Positions 18,995-28,427 of a stretch of 64,000 nt of DNA are shown here, piece by piece; within the stretch, counting starts at the first letter, position 1, and every line of letters begins with the position of its first letter. Source of the stretch: Gemmatimonadaceae bacterium (lineage in GTDB: Bacteria > Gemmatimonadota > Gemmatimonadetes > Gemmatimonadales > Gemmatimonadaceae); NCBI GenBank assembly GCA_045803545.1, contig JBJMOW010000006.1, positions 128,001 to 192,000 on the forward strand, written 5' to 3'. The notes beneath the pieces are model-generated. The model saw only the letters and a list, made by a program, of their open reading frames with translations. It searched no databases and was not told the DNA's origin. Position numbers and translations under genes: made by a program.

Positions 18995-19591
18995 TCACCT
19001 CCCAGTCGTCTCCGCCGTTCCGTCGAACAGCGCCTCGATGCGACTGTCCGGAATCAACCAGACCAATGCAACAAAAGCGTAGATGGCGTCGGATATCCAC
19101 TGATTCATGAACGCCAGCGGAATCGCCGAGGCGTACATAACGATCGAGATCTTGCCCTTGGTGTCGGCACCGACGGCCGTTGCCAATCGCGAATCGACAT
19201 CCTGGTTGCGAATGATCACCTGCTCGAGGATGTAGTAGGCGATCCCTGCAAGGAGGAGAACCGCTCCGTACAGCGCCGTCGGCAGCGGAGCGAAGTGGTT
19301 TTCACCCATCCAGCCTGTCACGAACGGCATCAGCGATAGCCAGAACAGGAGATGAAGGTTTGCCCACAGCACACCTCCCGTGACGCGATCGGTGAGGTAG
19401 AGCAGGTGGTGATGATTGTTCCAATAGATGCCGACCACGATGAAGCTGAGGACGTAGACCAGAAAGGCGGGCAGCACCGCCGACAAAGCGGCGAGATCGC
19501 TGTTGTGCGGCACTTTGAGCTCGAGCACCATGATCGTGATGATGATCGCGATCACACCGTCGCTAAATGCGTTCAGCCGTTCCGGAGTCAT
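18995..19591 (-). CDS. TMEM175 family potassium channel
   Basis: RLNAFSDGVIAIIITIMVLEL, YWNNHHH, six TM helices. Confidence 0.92.
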   Translation of the reverse strand: MTPERLNAFSDGVIAIIITIMVLELKVPHNSDLAALSAVLPAFLVYVLSFIVVGIYWNNHHHLLYLTDRVTGGVLWANLHLLFWLSLMPFVTGWMGENHFAPLPTALYGAVLLLAGIAYYILEQVIIRNQDVDSRLATAVGADTKGKISIVMYASAIPLAFMNQWISDAIYAFVALVWLIPDSRIEALFDGTAETTGR

Positions 19592-19768
19592 TTGTCTCGC
19601 CGACTCAGCTCAGTCACAGCGCAGCAATCTACAGTGTGTCGACTACCCCGAAATGGCCCTGGCGGCTTCTACGTCATTTTCGTGTAATCTACGTAATCAT
19701 ACGTATCGACCCCTCGATCCGGTCTGGGTAGAGTCGCTCCAGCAAAACACCCATCACCGGAGCGAACA

Positions 19769-21004
19769 ATGGAAAGAACTCGCAGCGTGCTGGCGCTCGT
19801 CATAGCGTCGGCAATCGGATTGGCAGGATGCTCGAACGATTCAGCTTCGCCGGTCTCGACTGACCTCAAGCTCGCCGCGAAGCTTTCCCCCAAGGCCGCA
19901 TCCTACATGACCAACTACGTAGCGATCGGTACCAGCATCAGTATGGGGTGGGCGAGCGATGGTGTTGTCGCGGGCTCCCAGAACAACGCATGGACGAAGC
20001 AGCTTGCTGACGAAGCAGGAGTCGATTTCACTTTGCCGCAGATCGACGTCCCAGGCTGCAGGCCTCCACTCGCAGCGCCGTTGATTTCGTTCGCGCGCAT
20101 CGATGGCAGCTCCGCGGCTGCTTCTTCGGTGTGTGCGGAAAACGTCGCCGGTGTCGCGCTGCCGACGCACAACCTCGCGGTGGAGAACGCGACGGCGGCA
20201 GAAGCGCTGAACGCGACACCCGCCACCGCATCGCAAGGACGCGGACCCGTCACGAGCAGAATCCTCGCCGCCGGTATGACTCAGGTAACCACGATGCGCT
20301 CGCTCAATCCAACTTTTGTCTCAGTGGAGCTTGGCGGCAATGAGCTACTGCCGGCGCAGGTCGGTCTGCTCTACCCCGGCGTGACCTACACCCCGTTTGA
20401 TTCGTTCCGCGCGACGTACGATCAGATCATCGATCAGGTCAAAGCCGCTGGTGCGCGGGCGCTACTCGCCACGGTGCGCACAGATCTGCGGAACTTCCCG
20501 ACTATTCGCACCTCTCAAGAAGTCGCGTCACAGCGGGGAGCGTTCGGCAGCTACAACGTCAGTGTGAACAGCGACTGTGATGCTAGTGCGAACTTCATCT
20601 TCGTGCGGGGCAAAGTACTCACGGCGATTGTCACCGGCATCACTCGCGCGCGGATGGGACTCGGCCCGTACGATCTGAGCTGTGCTGATGTTCCGGGCAC
20701 CGTCGATTATGTGTTGACGCCGAGCAACATCGATCAACTGAATGGCCTCGCCGGTCAGATGAGTGATTACATCGAAAGCAAAGCCGCTGAAAACGGCTAC
20801 GCCGTCTTCTCGATCGGATCGCTCTACGATCGATCCAAGGACGACGTTCCGTTCGATCTCGAATCGTACCTGAAGTCGAACAACCCTTACGGTGATCTAA
20901 TCAGCCTCGATGGCGTACACCCGAGCGCGAAGGGCCAGACCGTTCTCGCTCGCAACGCACGACAGGCCATTCAGCGGACTTACGGAACGGGGCAGCCCGA
21001 CTAA
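19769..21004 (+). CDS. SGNH/GDSL hydrolase family lipoprotein
   Basis: Lipobox LAGC; block I GTSISMG, block III GGNE, block V DGVHP. Confidence 0.82.
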   Translation: MERTRSVLALVIASAIGLAGCSNDSASPVSTDLKLAAKLSPKAASYMTNYVAIGTSISMGWASDGVVAGSQNNAWTKQLADEAGVDFTLPQIDVPGCRPPLAAPLISFARIDGSSAAASSVCAENVAGVALPTHNLAVENATAAEALNATPATASQGRGPVTSRILAAGMTQVTTMRSLNPTFVSVELGGNELLPAQVGLLYPGVTYTPFDSFRATYDQIIDQVKAAGARALLATVRTDLRNFPTIRTSQEVASQRGAFGSYNVSVNSDCDASANFIFVRGKVLTAIVTGITRARMGLGPYDLSCADVPGTVDYVLTPSNIDQLNGLAGQMSDYIESKAAENGYAVFSIGSLYDRSKDDVPFDLESYLKSNNPYGDLISLDGVHPSAKGQTVLARNARQAIQRTYGTGQPD

Positions 21005-21075
21005 TCGAACGGGCGACGGCGGGCGAATGTTTAACGGGTTGTGGAATTCTCACTCGCTGCTGATACTTGCAGCGG

Positions 21076-21867
21076 ATGGACAACTTCAGCATTCGATCCG
21101 CCGTCGCCAGCGATGCTCCCGCGCTGGCGAGCATGCTCGATCAGCTCGGGTATCCGACCGACGCCGGTGAAATCCCCGGCCGCCTCGCGCGAATGGCGGA
21201 ACGGCCTGGCACCACGGTCTTTGTCGCGGAGCATCGCAACAAGCCCGTAGGCGTGGTGACCGTCCATCTTTTTCCGTCGTTACATACGAGCGAGCCGGTA
21301 GCCTGGCTGACTGCGGTCGTGGTCGACGAAGCGGTGCGCGGCACTGGCGTTGGGTCCGCGCTCGTCAAGCACGCGGAGGATTGGGCGCGGCGGCGGGGAG
21401 CCAAGCGTCTGGCGCTGACGTCTCACCTCCGTCGAGTGGAAGCACACGAGTTCTATAAGAAGCGGCATTACGAGCACACAGGCGTTCGCCTGGCGAAGGA
21501 CTTGACGGCTCAGACCTCGCATGCGACCCAGAAGAAATCTGACGCATTCCATGTCCTGGAATTCGACCATCACGACGAAGCTGCCGCATTTGTCGCGGCG
21601 CTGTCGCGTTTTGTCAGCTCGCCGGCAACCGCTCGCGACCCCGAGTCAGTCGAGGTTTGGGCACGCTCGCCGGTGCATCGTGAGTCAGTAAAACTTTTTC
21701 TCAACGACCGCGCTCTCGACGCGGCACAGACAGCATTCTCGCCGGTGCCTCAGCATAAGACGGTGTCGCGCCAGGCACTTCCTGACGAATGCTTCCTCAT
21801 TATCGGGGACAACACTACGGCGTGGGGCGCGGACGAAGCATCGGCCAGACTGACCCAACGCGCATGA
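21076..21867 (+). CDS. GNAT N-acetyltransferase fused to an unrecognised C-terminal domain
   Basis: VVDEAVRGTGVGSALV..AHEFY in the first ~145 aa; ~110 extra aa follow. Confidence 0.82.
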   Translation: MDNFSIRSAVASDAPALASMLDQLGYPTDAGEIPGRLARMAERPGTTVFVAEHRNKPVGVVTVHLFPSLHTSEPVAWLTAVVVDEAVRGTGVGSALVKHAEDWARRRGAKRLALTSHLRRVEAHEFYKKRHYEHTGVRLAKDLTAQTSHATQKKSDAFHVLEFDHHDEAAAFVAALSRFVSSPATARDPESVEVWARSPVHRESVKLFLNDRALDAAQTAFSPVPQHKTVSRQALPDECFLIIGDNTTAWGADEASARLTQRA

Positions 21868-24191
21868 GGATACTTCGTTTGATCCGCAACTTATCTATTG
21901 GATCGTTGATGACGATGACGTTCGTCGTCAGCGGCTTGCCACTCGCCGCGCAGGCGACACGAGAATCACCGCTCAATTCAGCGCGCGCGCCTCAATTCGC
22001 CGATTCGATTCTGCGCTTGATGACGCTCGACGAAAAGCTTGGCCAGCTCAATCAGCTCCCTGGAGGCGGCCAGCAAATTTCGGCCAATGACCGGCAGGCG
22101 CTCCGAGCCGGACGTGTCGGGTCGTTCCTCAATGTTTTCGGCGCGGATTTCACGCGGGAATTGCAACGTATCGCTGTGACCGAGACGCGGCTCAAGATTC
22201 CGCTGCTCTTCGCGCACGATGTCATTCACGGCTTCCGCACTATCTTCCCAGTACCGATCGCCGAAGCCGCCAGCTTCGATTCGGCGCGCGCGGAATTCTC
22301 GGCGCGTCAGTCGGCGATCGAAGCAACAGCGCACGGGCTGATGTGGACTTTTGCGCCGATGGTCGACATCGCGCGCGATCCGCGCTGGGGACGCATCGTC
22401 GAAGGAGCGGGCGAGGATCCTTACCTCGGCACGGTGATGTCCGCGGCACGCGTGCGCGGTTTCCAGGGCGGCGACAACGCGGCGAACCTTGGCGCGACCG
22501 ATGCGATGTTGGCGACCGTCAAGCATTTCGTGGGATACGGCGCCGCGGAGGGCGGGCGCGACTACAATACCGTCGAGCTCTCGGAACGCACGCTCTGGGA
22601 GACGTACATGCCTCCGTTCGAAGCAGCGATCAAAGCCGGTGTCGCGACCGTGATGGCATCATTCAACGAAATCGGTGGCACTCCATCGCACGCGAGCGAC
22701 TGGCTACTCGGCGATGTCCTGCGAAAGCGCTGGGGATTCAATGGGCTTGTTGTCAGCGATTGGGGCGCGATCTCGGAGCTCGTTCCGCACCGCGTGGCCG
22801 CAGGCACTGGTGAAGCCGGCATTCTCGGATTGCGTGCCGGTGTCGATTTCGACATGTCGGATCACGTGTACGTCGACAGCATGGGCGTAGCGGCAAACGC
22901 CGGAAGAGTGCCGGTCTCACTGATCGATTCGGCAGTGAAGCACGTGCTGCGCGTGAAGTATCTACTGGGACTCTTTACCGATCCCTACAAGTTCAGCGAT
23001 GCCGGCCGCGAAAAACTCTACACGCTGGCACCCGGCCATCTTGGGGCGGCACGAATGGCGGCGCGTGAAGGAATCGTGCTGCTCAAGAATGCAAACAAGA
23101 CCCTGCCGCTCAGGAGAGACCTGCGCTCGATCGCGATTATCGGCCCGCTCGCAAACGACAGCGCATCGTCGATGGGTAGCTGGGCGGCCGACGGACGAGC
23201 GAGTGAAGCGAGTACGGTACTGGCTGGGATTCGCGCAGCACTCGGCACCTCTACGCGCATTATCATGACTCGCGGCGCACCTGTCGATACGGTCGATACC
23301 ACAGGCTTTGCACAGGCGCGTAGCGCCGCGTCGGAAGCGGATGCAGTCGTGCTGGTGATCGGCGAGCGCGCTGACATGAGCGGCGAAGCGTCGAGTCGAG
23401 CATCGATCGAGCTGCCCGGAGTGCAGCGCGAACTTACGCTCGAGGTAATACGGGCGGCGCGGAGCTCACCGGGTGGCGACACAAAACCGGTCGTTGTCGT
23501 GCTGATGAACGGCAGACCACTGGCGATCCCGGAGGTCGCGAGCGCAGCGCCGGCAGTGCTCGAGACATGGTTCCTCGGGACGGAGCACGGACTCGCTGTA
23601 GCGGACGTCCTCTTTGGTGACTACAGCCCGGGCGGCAAGCTGCCCGCCACGTTCCCGCGCGCGACGGGACAGATTCCGATTTACTACAATCACCGCAGCA
23701 CCGGCCGGCCGGCAGACAGCGCCAATCACTACACATCGAAGTATCTGGACCTGCCGTGGACGCCGCTGTTTCCGTTTGGATATGGCCTGAGCTACACGAC
23801 GTTCACCTACTCCAATCTGCGAATGTCGTCGCCGACAATTCGCGCTGGCGATTCGCTGGCCGTTTCGCTGGAAGTGAGAAACGCGGGAGATCGAACGGGG
23901 GATGAAGTCGTGCAGCTTTATATCCGCGACAACGTCGCCAGCGTGGAGGAGCCGATCAAAGCGTTGAAGGGCGCACGTCGGATTACTCTCCAACCCGGCG
24001 AAACTCGTACGGTGACTTTCAAGCTCGGCCCGGATGCCTTTGCGCTCTACGATCGCGACATGCGACGGGTGATCGAACCTGGAGCGTTCACGATCTTTGC
24101 GGGCACGAACTCGGTTGACGTGAGTAGCGTTCCGCTGCAGGTAACTGGCGACACGTTCGTGCTGGCGCCATCGACTCCACGCATGCGCTAA
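21864..24191 (+). CDS. bglX: GH3 beta-glucosidase (BglX-like) with Fn3-like C-terminus
   Basis: MTLDEKLGQL, DVIHG, RDPRWGR, KHF, nucleophile VVSDW, PFGYGLSY. Confidence 0.9.
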   Translation: MRILRLIRNLSIGSLMTMTFVVSGLPLAAQATRESPLNSARAPQFADSILRLMTLDEKLGQLNQLPGGGQQISANDRQALRAGRVGSFLNVFGADFTRELQRIAVTETRLKIPLLFAHDVIHGFRTIFPVPIAEAASFDSARAEFSARQSAIEATAHGLMWTFAPMVDIARDPRWGRIVEGAGEDPYLGTVMSAARVRGFQGGDNAANLGATDAMLATVKHFVGYGAAEGGRDYNTVELSERTLWETYMPPFEAAIKAGVATVMASFNEIGGTPSHASDWLLGDVLRKRWGFNGLVVSDWGAISELVPHRVAAGTGEAGILGLRAGVDFDMSDHVYVDSMGVAANAGRVPVSLIDSAVKHVLRVKYLLGLFTDPYKFSDAGREKLYTLAPGHLGAARMAAREGIVLLKNANKTLPLRRDLRSIAIIGPLANDSASSMGSWAADGRASEASTVLAGIRAALGTSTRIIMTRGAPVDTVDTTGFAQARSAASEADAVVLVIGERADMSGEASSRASIELPGVQRELTLEVIRAARSSPGGDTKPVVVVLMNGRPLAIPEVASAAPAVLETWFLGTEHGLAVADVLFGDYSPGGKLPATFPRATGQIPIYYNHRSTGRPADSANHYTSKYLDLPWTPLFPFGYGLSYTTFTYSNLRMSSPTIRAGDSLAVSLEVRNAGDRTGDEVVQLYIRDNVASVEEPIKALKGARRITLQPGETRTVTFKLGPDAFALYDRDMRRVIEPGAFTIFAGTNSVDVSSVPLQVTGDTFVLAPSTPRMR

Positions 24192-24218
24192 CGTTCGAAT
24201 ACCAGCTACAACAGGCCG

Positions 24219-24773
24219 ATGCAGACACAGTTATCTGCGCTCGTCGACTCTTTCGAGTCGGCCCAGCAAAAATTGAGATCGCTGAGCGATAAGGTTTCGA
24301 GCGCGCAGTTTACCAGGCGTCCCACAGCCGACGCCTGGTCAGCCGCCGATTGTGTCGAGCACCTGAACTTGACGTCGCGTGCCTATGTCCCACTTCTCCG
24401 AACAGCGATCGCGGAGGCTCGATTGCTGCGAAGGCCGGCTTCGCAACAATACACCATGGATCTTCTGGGCAGAGTGTTTGCCTTCATGGTGCGGCCGATG
24501 AGGCACATCGGAAGGTTTAAGCTCGTCCGAGTGAAGACCACCGGGCCGTTCACTCCTCGCGGCGGTCAAACGCGAGAGCAGCTGCTTTCAGAATTTGTGC
24601 GGCTGCAATCGGATCTGATCGGACTCATTCGCACCGCCAACGGTCTACCGATTGATCACGTGAAGATACAGTCGCCATTCGGAAAGATGCGCTACAACGC
24701 GTACTCGGCGTTGGAGATCGTTGCTCAGCACGAGCATCGCCACTTACAACAAGCTGAAGAAGCCGCTAGGTAA
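24219..24773 (+). CDS. DinB family protein
   Basis: WSAADCVEHL..HEHRHLQQ histidine triad. Confidence 0.88.
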   Translation: MQTQLSALVDSFESAQQKLRSLSDKVSSAQFTRRPTADAWSAADCVEHLNLTSRAYVPLLRTAIAEARLLRRPASQQYTMDLLGRVFAFMVRPMRHIGRFKLVRVKTTGPFTPRGGQTREQLLSEFVRLQSDLIGLIRTANGLPIDHVKIQSPFGKMRYNAYSALEIVAQHEHRHLQQAEEAAR

Positions 24774-25164
24774 TCGTCACCGAAAAAATCACTGGTGGGA
24801 TGCCATTGACCCTTGCCTGGATCTGTGCGCTGCCCGCGGCGGCTCCGGTGGTGTAGGTCACCGACGACACGCCGCCCTCGACGGTCAGGTTGCTCGTTTC
24901 ACTGACCGAGCCGCCTCCGGAAAGAACTGTCCAGTCGACGGTCACGTTCTTTAGCGAATTACCAAACTGATCGAGTACGATCACTTCAAACGCTACCGGA
25001 AGCGCAGTGTTCGCCGGGCCACTCTGGGTATCGCCAGCGTGTTTGATCAGCACACTCGGGTCGTTGACGTCGACGTTGAGGGTGCAGGCTCCGGCGAAAA
25101 GTGCGATTACGACAGCAGATAGAATCCGGGCAATGGAGATGCGGCGCGGACGGATAAGCTTCAT
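24766..25164 (-). CDS. Lipoprotein with bacterial Ig-like domain
   Basis: Lipobox FAGAC; GDTQSG..VIVLDQFGN..VDW..SGGGSV. Confidence 0.75.
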   Translation of the reverse strand: MKLIRPRRISIARILSAVVIALFAGACTLNVDVNDPSVLIKHAGDTQSGPANTALPVAFEVIVLDQFGNSLKNVTVDWTVLSGGGSVSETSNLTVEGGVSSVTYTTGAAAGSAQIQARVNGIPPVIFSVTIT

Positions 25165-25248
25165 CTCGAATCCCTCATGACGGGTGGGTGCGGTAAAGAA
25201 AATTATATCGCGCTGGCGTTTTTCGGAGCGTGCGCTCACCATTCATCG

Positions 25249-25617
25249 GTGCCGCGCAATCCCCTGCCTCGACTCCGTAAACTCGCGCTCTCTTTTCCCG
25301 AAGCACATGAAGTGGAGGCGTGGGGAGAGCCAACGTTCCGGGTCAGGAACAAGCTGTTCGCCATGTATGCGTCGTCCGGCAACCACCACGGTGAGGGTCG
25401 GCCTGCGGTTTGGTGCAAAGCCAAGACAGTGAACCAGCAGCTGATGATCTCCATGGCGCCGCAGAAATTCTTTTCGCCGCCGTACGTTGGTCCAAGTGGA
25501 TGGGTTGGCGTGTGGCTGGACGGCGAGATCGAGTGGGACGACCTGCGGGAAATTCTGCTCGATGGCTATCGAATGACGGCGCCGAAGAAGTTGTTGTCCC
25601 AACTAGGCGACGACTGA
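25249..25617 (+). CDS. MmcQ/YjbR family protein
   Basis: WGEPTFRVRNKLFA, FFSPPYVGPSGWVGV. Confidence 0.88.
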   Translation: MPRNPLPRLRKLALSFPEAHEVEAWGEPTFRVRNKLFAMYASSGNHHGEGRPAVWCKAKTVNQQLMISMAPQKFFSPPYVGPSGWVGVWLDGEIEWDDLREILLDGYRMTAPKKLLSQLGDD

Positions 25618-26015
25618 TGGCAGTGCGCGTCGTACGACTCGGCCAGCCTCGCACTAACGGGGAGGGTCTGCGCCTCGGCACCGTGCGCCGTCCACCGCGT
25701 GGCGTGCGCAAGGAGCAATATGCGTCTCTCGATTTCTTCGACGTGTGGATGCCGGAGCTCGCACCGAGCGCGCCACTCGTATCATGGGCGTTGTCGGAGC
25801 CCTGGACCGATAAACGGTGGGCCAAGTACGAGCGCTCATATCGCAGCGAGATGAAGAACCCTCCCGCGGCGCGGTTGCTTTCACTGCTCGCCGCGCTATC
25901 TCGCCAGACGGATTTCTCCGTCGGGTGCTACTGCGAGAATGAATCCCGCTGTCACCGCTCGATCCTGAGAGAGCTGCTCAGAGACGCCGACGCGGACATG
26001 AGAGATTCGGAATGA
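25617..26015 (+). CDS. DUF488 family protein (YeaO-like)
   Basis: RRPPRGVRKE, WMPELAPS, CYCENESRCHR; TGATG coupling to the upstream gene. Confidence 0.85.
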   Translation: MAVRVVRLGQPRTNGEGLRLGTVRRPPRGVRKEQYASLDFFDVWMPELAPSAPLVSWALSEPWTDKRWAKYERSYRSEMKNPPAARLLSLLAALSRQTDFSVGCYCENESRCHRSILRELLRDADADMRDSE

Positions 26016-26230
26016 TCAACCTGAACCTTCCGCCCCGCGACGATCATCGACGCCCTGCAAAGAATTCACGTTTCCTGATCGTGGTCATCGTGGCGATGGC
26101 CACGGTCCTCTCACTTCAATACACGTCGCATCCGTTCTTCGGACCGGATAAGACCGCGACGCTCTGGGGAATGTTTGTAGGACTGTTTATTGGGGGATTT
26201 CTGTTTGGATGGCTTCGGAAGCCGTGGTAG
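26012..26230 (+). CDS. Small two-TM membrane protein
   Basis: ATGA overlap with the DUF488 stop; two hydrophobic helices. Confidence 0.65.
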   Translation: MINLNLPPRDDHRRPAKNSRFLIVVIVAMATVLSLQYTSHPFFGPDKTATLWGMFVGLFIGGFLFGWLRKPW

Positions 26231-26397
26231 CTGCGGGAGGACGGCGAACTGACCGAGAGGCTGCGGGAGGAGAGCTAACTGATTGCTGCGAACTGCGAGC
26301 TGGATGAGAGTTGCGGGCTAGTTGCGAGAAGAGGGCTGGTTGCGAGAAGAGGGCTGGTTGCGAGAAGAGGGCTGGTTGCGAGAAGTCAGCTGGTTGC
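26227..26397 (+). repeat. Left arm of the inverted-repeat element, with an 18-bp tandem unit GTTGCGAGAAGAGGGCTG (3 perfect + 1 degenerate)
   Basis: Units start at 26321, 26339, 26357 and 26375; the arm is complementary to 26881-27045. Confidence 0.95.
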
Positions 26398-26439
26398 CCG
26401 CGACGAACGATGCTACGGGGCGCAAAATGATGATGACAG

Positions 26440-26874
26440 GTGAATTCATTCCGCTATGCTGTCGGGGTGAGTCACTCAAAACCTGCTTACTCGTTCGACG
26501 ACAGCGACCCACTGTCGAAGATGCAGGCGGTACAAATCACGCGCGCCCTGCTTCCGGAATGCTGGGACGACGCGGAGAAGCTGGCGCATAACGAGCTGAC
26601 CAAGAATATCGGCGGACAATTGTATGCTGCGATGGGCTCGATTCTCGCTAATCTCGGTGAGGGTTACTCGAGAAGCTCCGGCCGTGACCGCGCAAAGATG
26701 TTTGAGTACGCGCTAGGCTCCGTCCGCGAGAGCATGATGTGGTACCGGAGCAGCGTCCGCATTCTCGGCCAGCAGACGATAGACAAGCGGCTCGACAAGC
26801 TGGAGCAGGTACGTCGGCTCTTACTAGCAACAATCCCGCGGGAACGGGATCGCGTAATCCGACCAAGACGGTAA
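26440..26874 (+). CDS. Four-helix-bundle protein (23S rRNA intervening-sequence protein / bAvd-like fold)
   Basis: Family signature QLYAAMGSILANLGEGYSRSSGRDRAKMFEYALGSVRE. Start uncertain (GTG 26440 or ATG 26521). Confidence 0.88.
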   Translation: MNSFRYAVGVSHSKPAYSFDDSDPLSKMQAVQITRALLPECWDDAEKLAHNELTKNIGGQLYAAMGSILANLGEGYSRSSGRDRAKMFEYALGSVRESMMWYRSSVRILGQQTIDKRLDKLEQVRRLLLATIPRERDRVIRPRR

Positions 26875-26880
26875 AGTGCG

Positions 26881-27045
26881 CAGCTCTCTTCTCGCAACCA
26901 GCTCTCTTCTCGCAACCAGCCCTCTTCTCGCAGCCAGTTCTCTTCTCGCAGCTAGCCCGCAACTCTCATCCAGCTCGCAGTTCGCAGCAATTAGTTAGCT
27001 CTGCTCCCGCAGCGCAGCCGTCAGATAGGCTCCTCCCGCAGCTAC
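26881..27045 (-). repeat. Right arm of the inverted-repeat element (four 18-bp units plus unique arm)
   Basis: Units CAGYYCTCTTCTCGCARC at 26881, 26899, 26917 and 26935; 26953-27013 is complementary to 26260-26320. Confidence 0.95.
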
Positions 27046-28370
27046 ACGAGGGATTCGACGCCCTTAGCCGTAACCCGGTGCGAAACAAGAGGCAGTACTT
27101 TCGGCCTTCCCTCGCCAATCACGATTGCCTTCGCCAGAATCGATTCGCCCAGCTTCAGGTCGCTTTCGCTCCGCGCGTGAATTGTCCCCAGCGCATCGCC
27201 CTTGGTGACTCGCACTCCCGGCTTGGTGGTAATAACGAAGCCGACCGCAGGGTCGACGCTGTCTTCCATGTTGCGCCGTCCCCCGCCGAGGGCGATTACG
27301 CCGTAGCCAATCTCCCGCGGCTCGACACGCTGGACGACACCAGATACGGGAGCGAGGAAGTAAGCCTTGTGCGCTGCCTGCGGGAGGCGCTCCGGTTTGG
27401 CGACTACGGAGTCGTCGCCCCCCTGCGCGCGCACAATCTCCCTGAACTTCTCCAGAGCGCGCCCGCTCGTCATCGCATCGATCATCATCGCAGAGGCATC
27501 CTTGCTCGACTTCGCAATGCCTCCCAGCACCAGCATCTCTGCCCCCAGCGCCAGCGTCACTTCGACCAGATCGGCGGGGCCGGCCCCCTTCAGCACGTCG
27601 ATCGATTCGGCAACTTCGAGAGCGTTGCCGCAGGCGCAGCCGAGTGGACGATCCATCGCCGTCAACAGTGCGACGACCGGACAGTCGTGCGCGTCGCCAA
27701 GCTCGATCATCGCGTTGGCCAGCGCGATCTCCTGCTCCAGTTCCGGCATGAATGAGCCTGCCCCACGCTTGATGTCGAGGACAAGTCCCGTCAGTGACTC
27801 CGATATCTTCTTGCTCATGATGCTGGATGCGATCAGCGGGATGACTTCCACCGTCGCCGTTGCATCGCGGAGCGCGTAAAGTTTTCGATCGGCCGGGACG
27901 ATCTCCTCGGTCTGGCCGATCATTGCGCAGCCAATTCTTTCGACCTGGCGCTCCGTCTCGGCGAGCGAGAGCGAAGTGCGGAATCCGGGAATCGACTCGA
28001 GCTTGTCGAGGGTGCCGCCGGTATGGCCCAGCCCACGCCCTGACATCATCGGCACAGCGACGCCCAGCGACGCGATTAGCGGAGCCAGAATGAGTGAGGT
28101 CTTGTCGCCGACGCCACCGGTCGAGTGTTTGTCGATGCGCGGCTTTGCCAGATGAGCGAAATCGAGCCGCTTGCCGCTCGCCAGCATCGCATCCATCAAA
28201 GCGTTCATCTCGCTTCGATCGAGGCCGCGATAGTACACTGCCATCAGGAACGCAGCCATCTGATACTCGGGCACTTTGCCCTCGGAAAAGGCGATCACCA
28301 GCTCGTTGATCTCCTGGGGCTCGAGCCGGCCACCATTTCGTTTGCGCTCGATCAGACGGGGTACGATCAT
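27042..28370 (-). CDS. pdp: Pyrimidine-nucleoside/thymidine phosphorylase
   Basis: DKHSTGGVGDK, SGRGLGHTGGTLDKLE, SIMSKK. Confidence 0.95.
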   Translation of the reverse strand: MIVPRLIERKRNGGRLEPQEINELVIAFSEGKVPEYQMAAFLMAVYYRGLDRSEMNALMDAMLASGKRLDFAHLAKPRIDKHSTGGVGDKTSLILAPLIASLGVAVPMMSGRGLGHTGGTLDKLESIPGFRTSLSLAETERQVERIGCAMIGQTEEIVPADRKLYALRDATATVEVIPLIASSIMSKKISESLTGLVLDIKRGAGSFMPELEQEIALANAMIELGDAHDCPVVALLTAMDRPLGCACGNALEVAESIDVLKGAGPADLVEVTLALGAEMLVLGGIAKSSKDASAMMIDAMTSGRALEKFREIVRAQGGDDSVVAKPERLPQAAHKAYFLAPVSGVVQRVEPREIGYGVIALGGGRRNMEDSVDPAVGFVITTKPGVRVTKGDALGTIHARSESDLKLGESILAKAIVIGEGRPKVLPLVSHRVTAKGVESLV

Positions 28371-28427
28371 TTAGTGACCGACGGGGTAAACACCATGACC
28401 AACTTCAAACTCGTAATTGGAGCTCAT

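Noticed and set aside
26321..26392. 18-bp repeats as a CRISPR array
   Set aside because: The units are head-to-tail with no spacers, too short, and there are no cas genes in the window.
26440..26874. Diversity-generating retroelement (Avd-like gene)
   Set aside because: No reverse transcriptase and no TR/VR pair with adenine-specific differences was seen in the window.
26318..26962. ORFs with REEGWL, SSRNQP or CEKRAG peptide repeats
   Set aside because: These are translations of the 18-bp DNA repeats in several frames; no independent coding evidence.
26227..27045. 23S rRNA intervening sequence or classical IS
   Set aside because: The flanks are protein-coding genes, not rRNA; the ORF has no DDE, HUH or recombinase motif.
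26739..27755. Long alternative-frame ORFs (also 8572-9483, 15097-16143, 32331-33416, 43239-44219, 60326-61450)
   Set aside because: Antisense shadows of well-supported genes, as expected in high-GC DNA.
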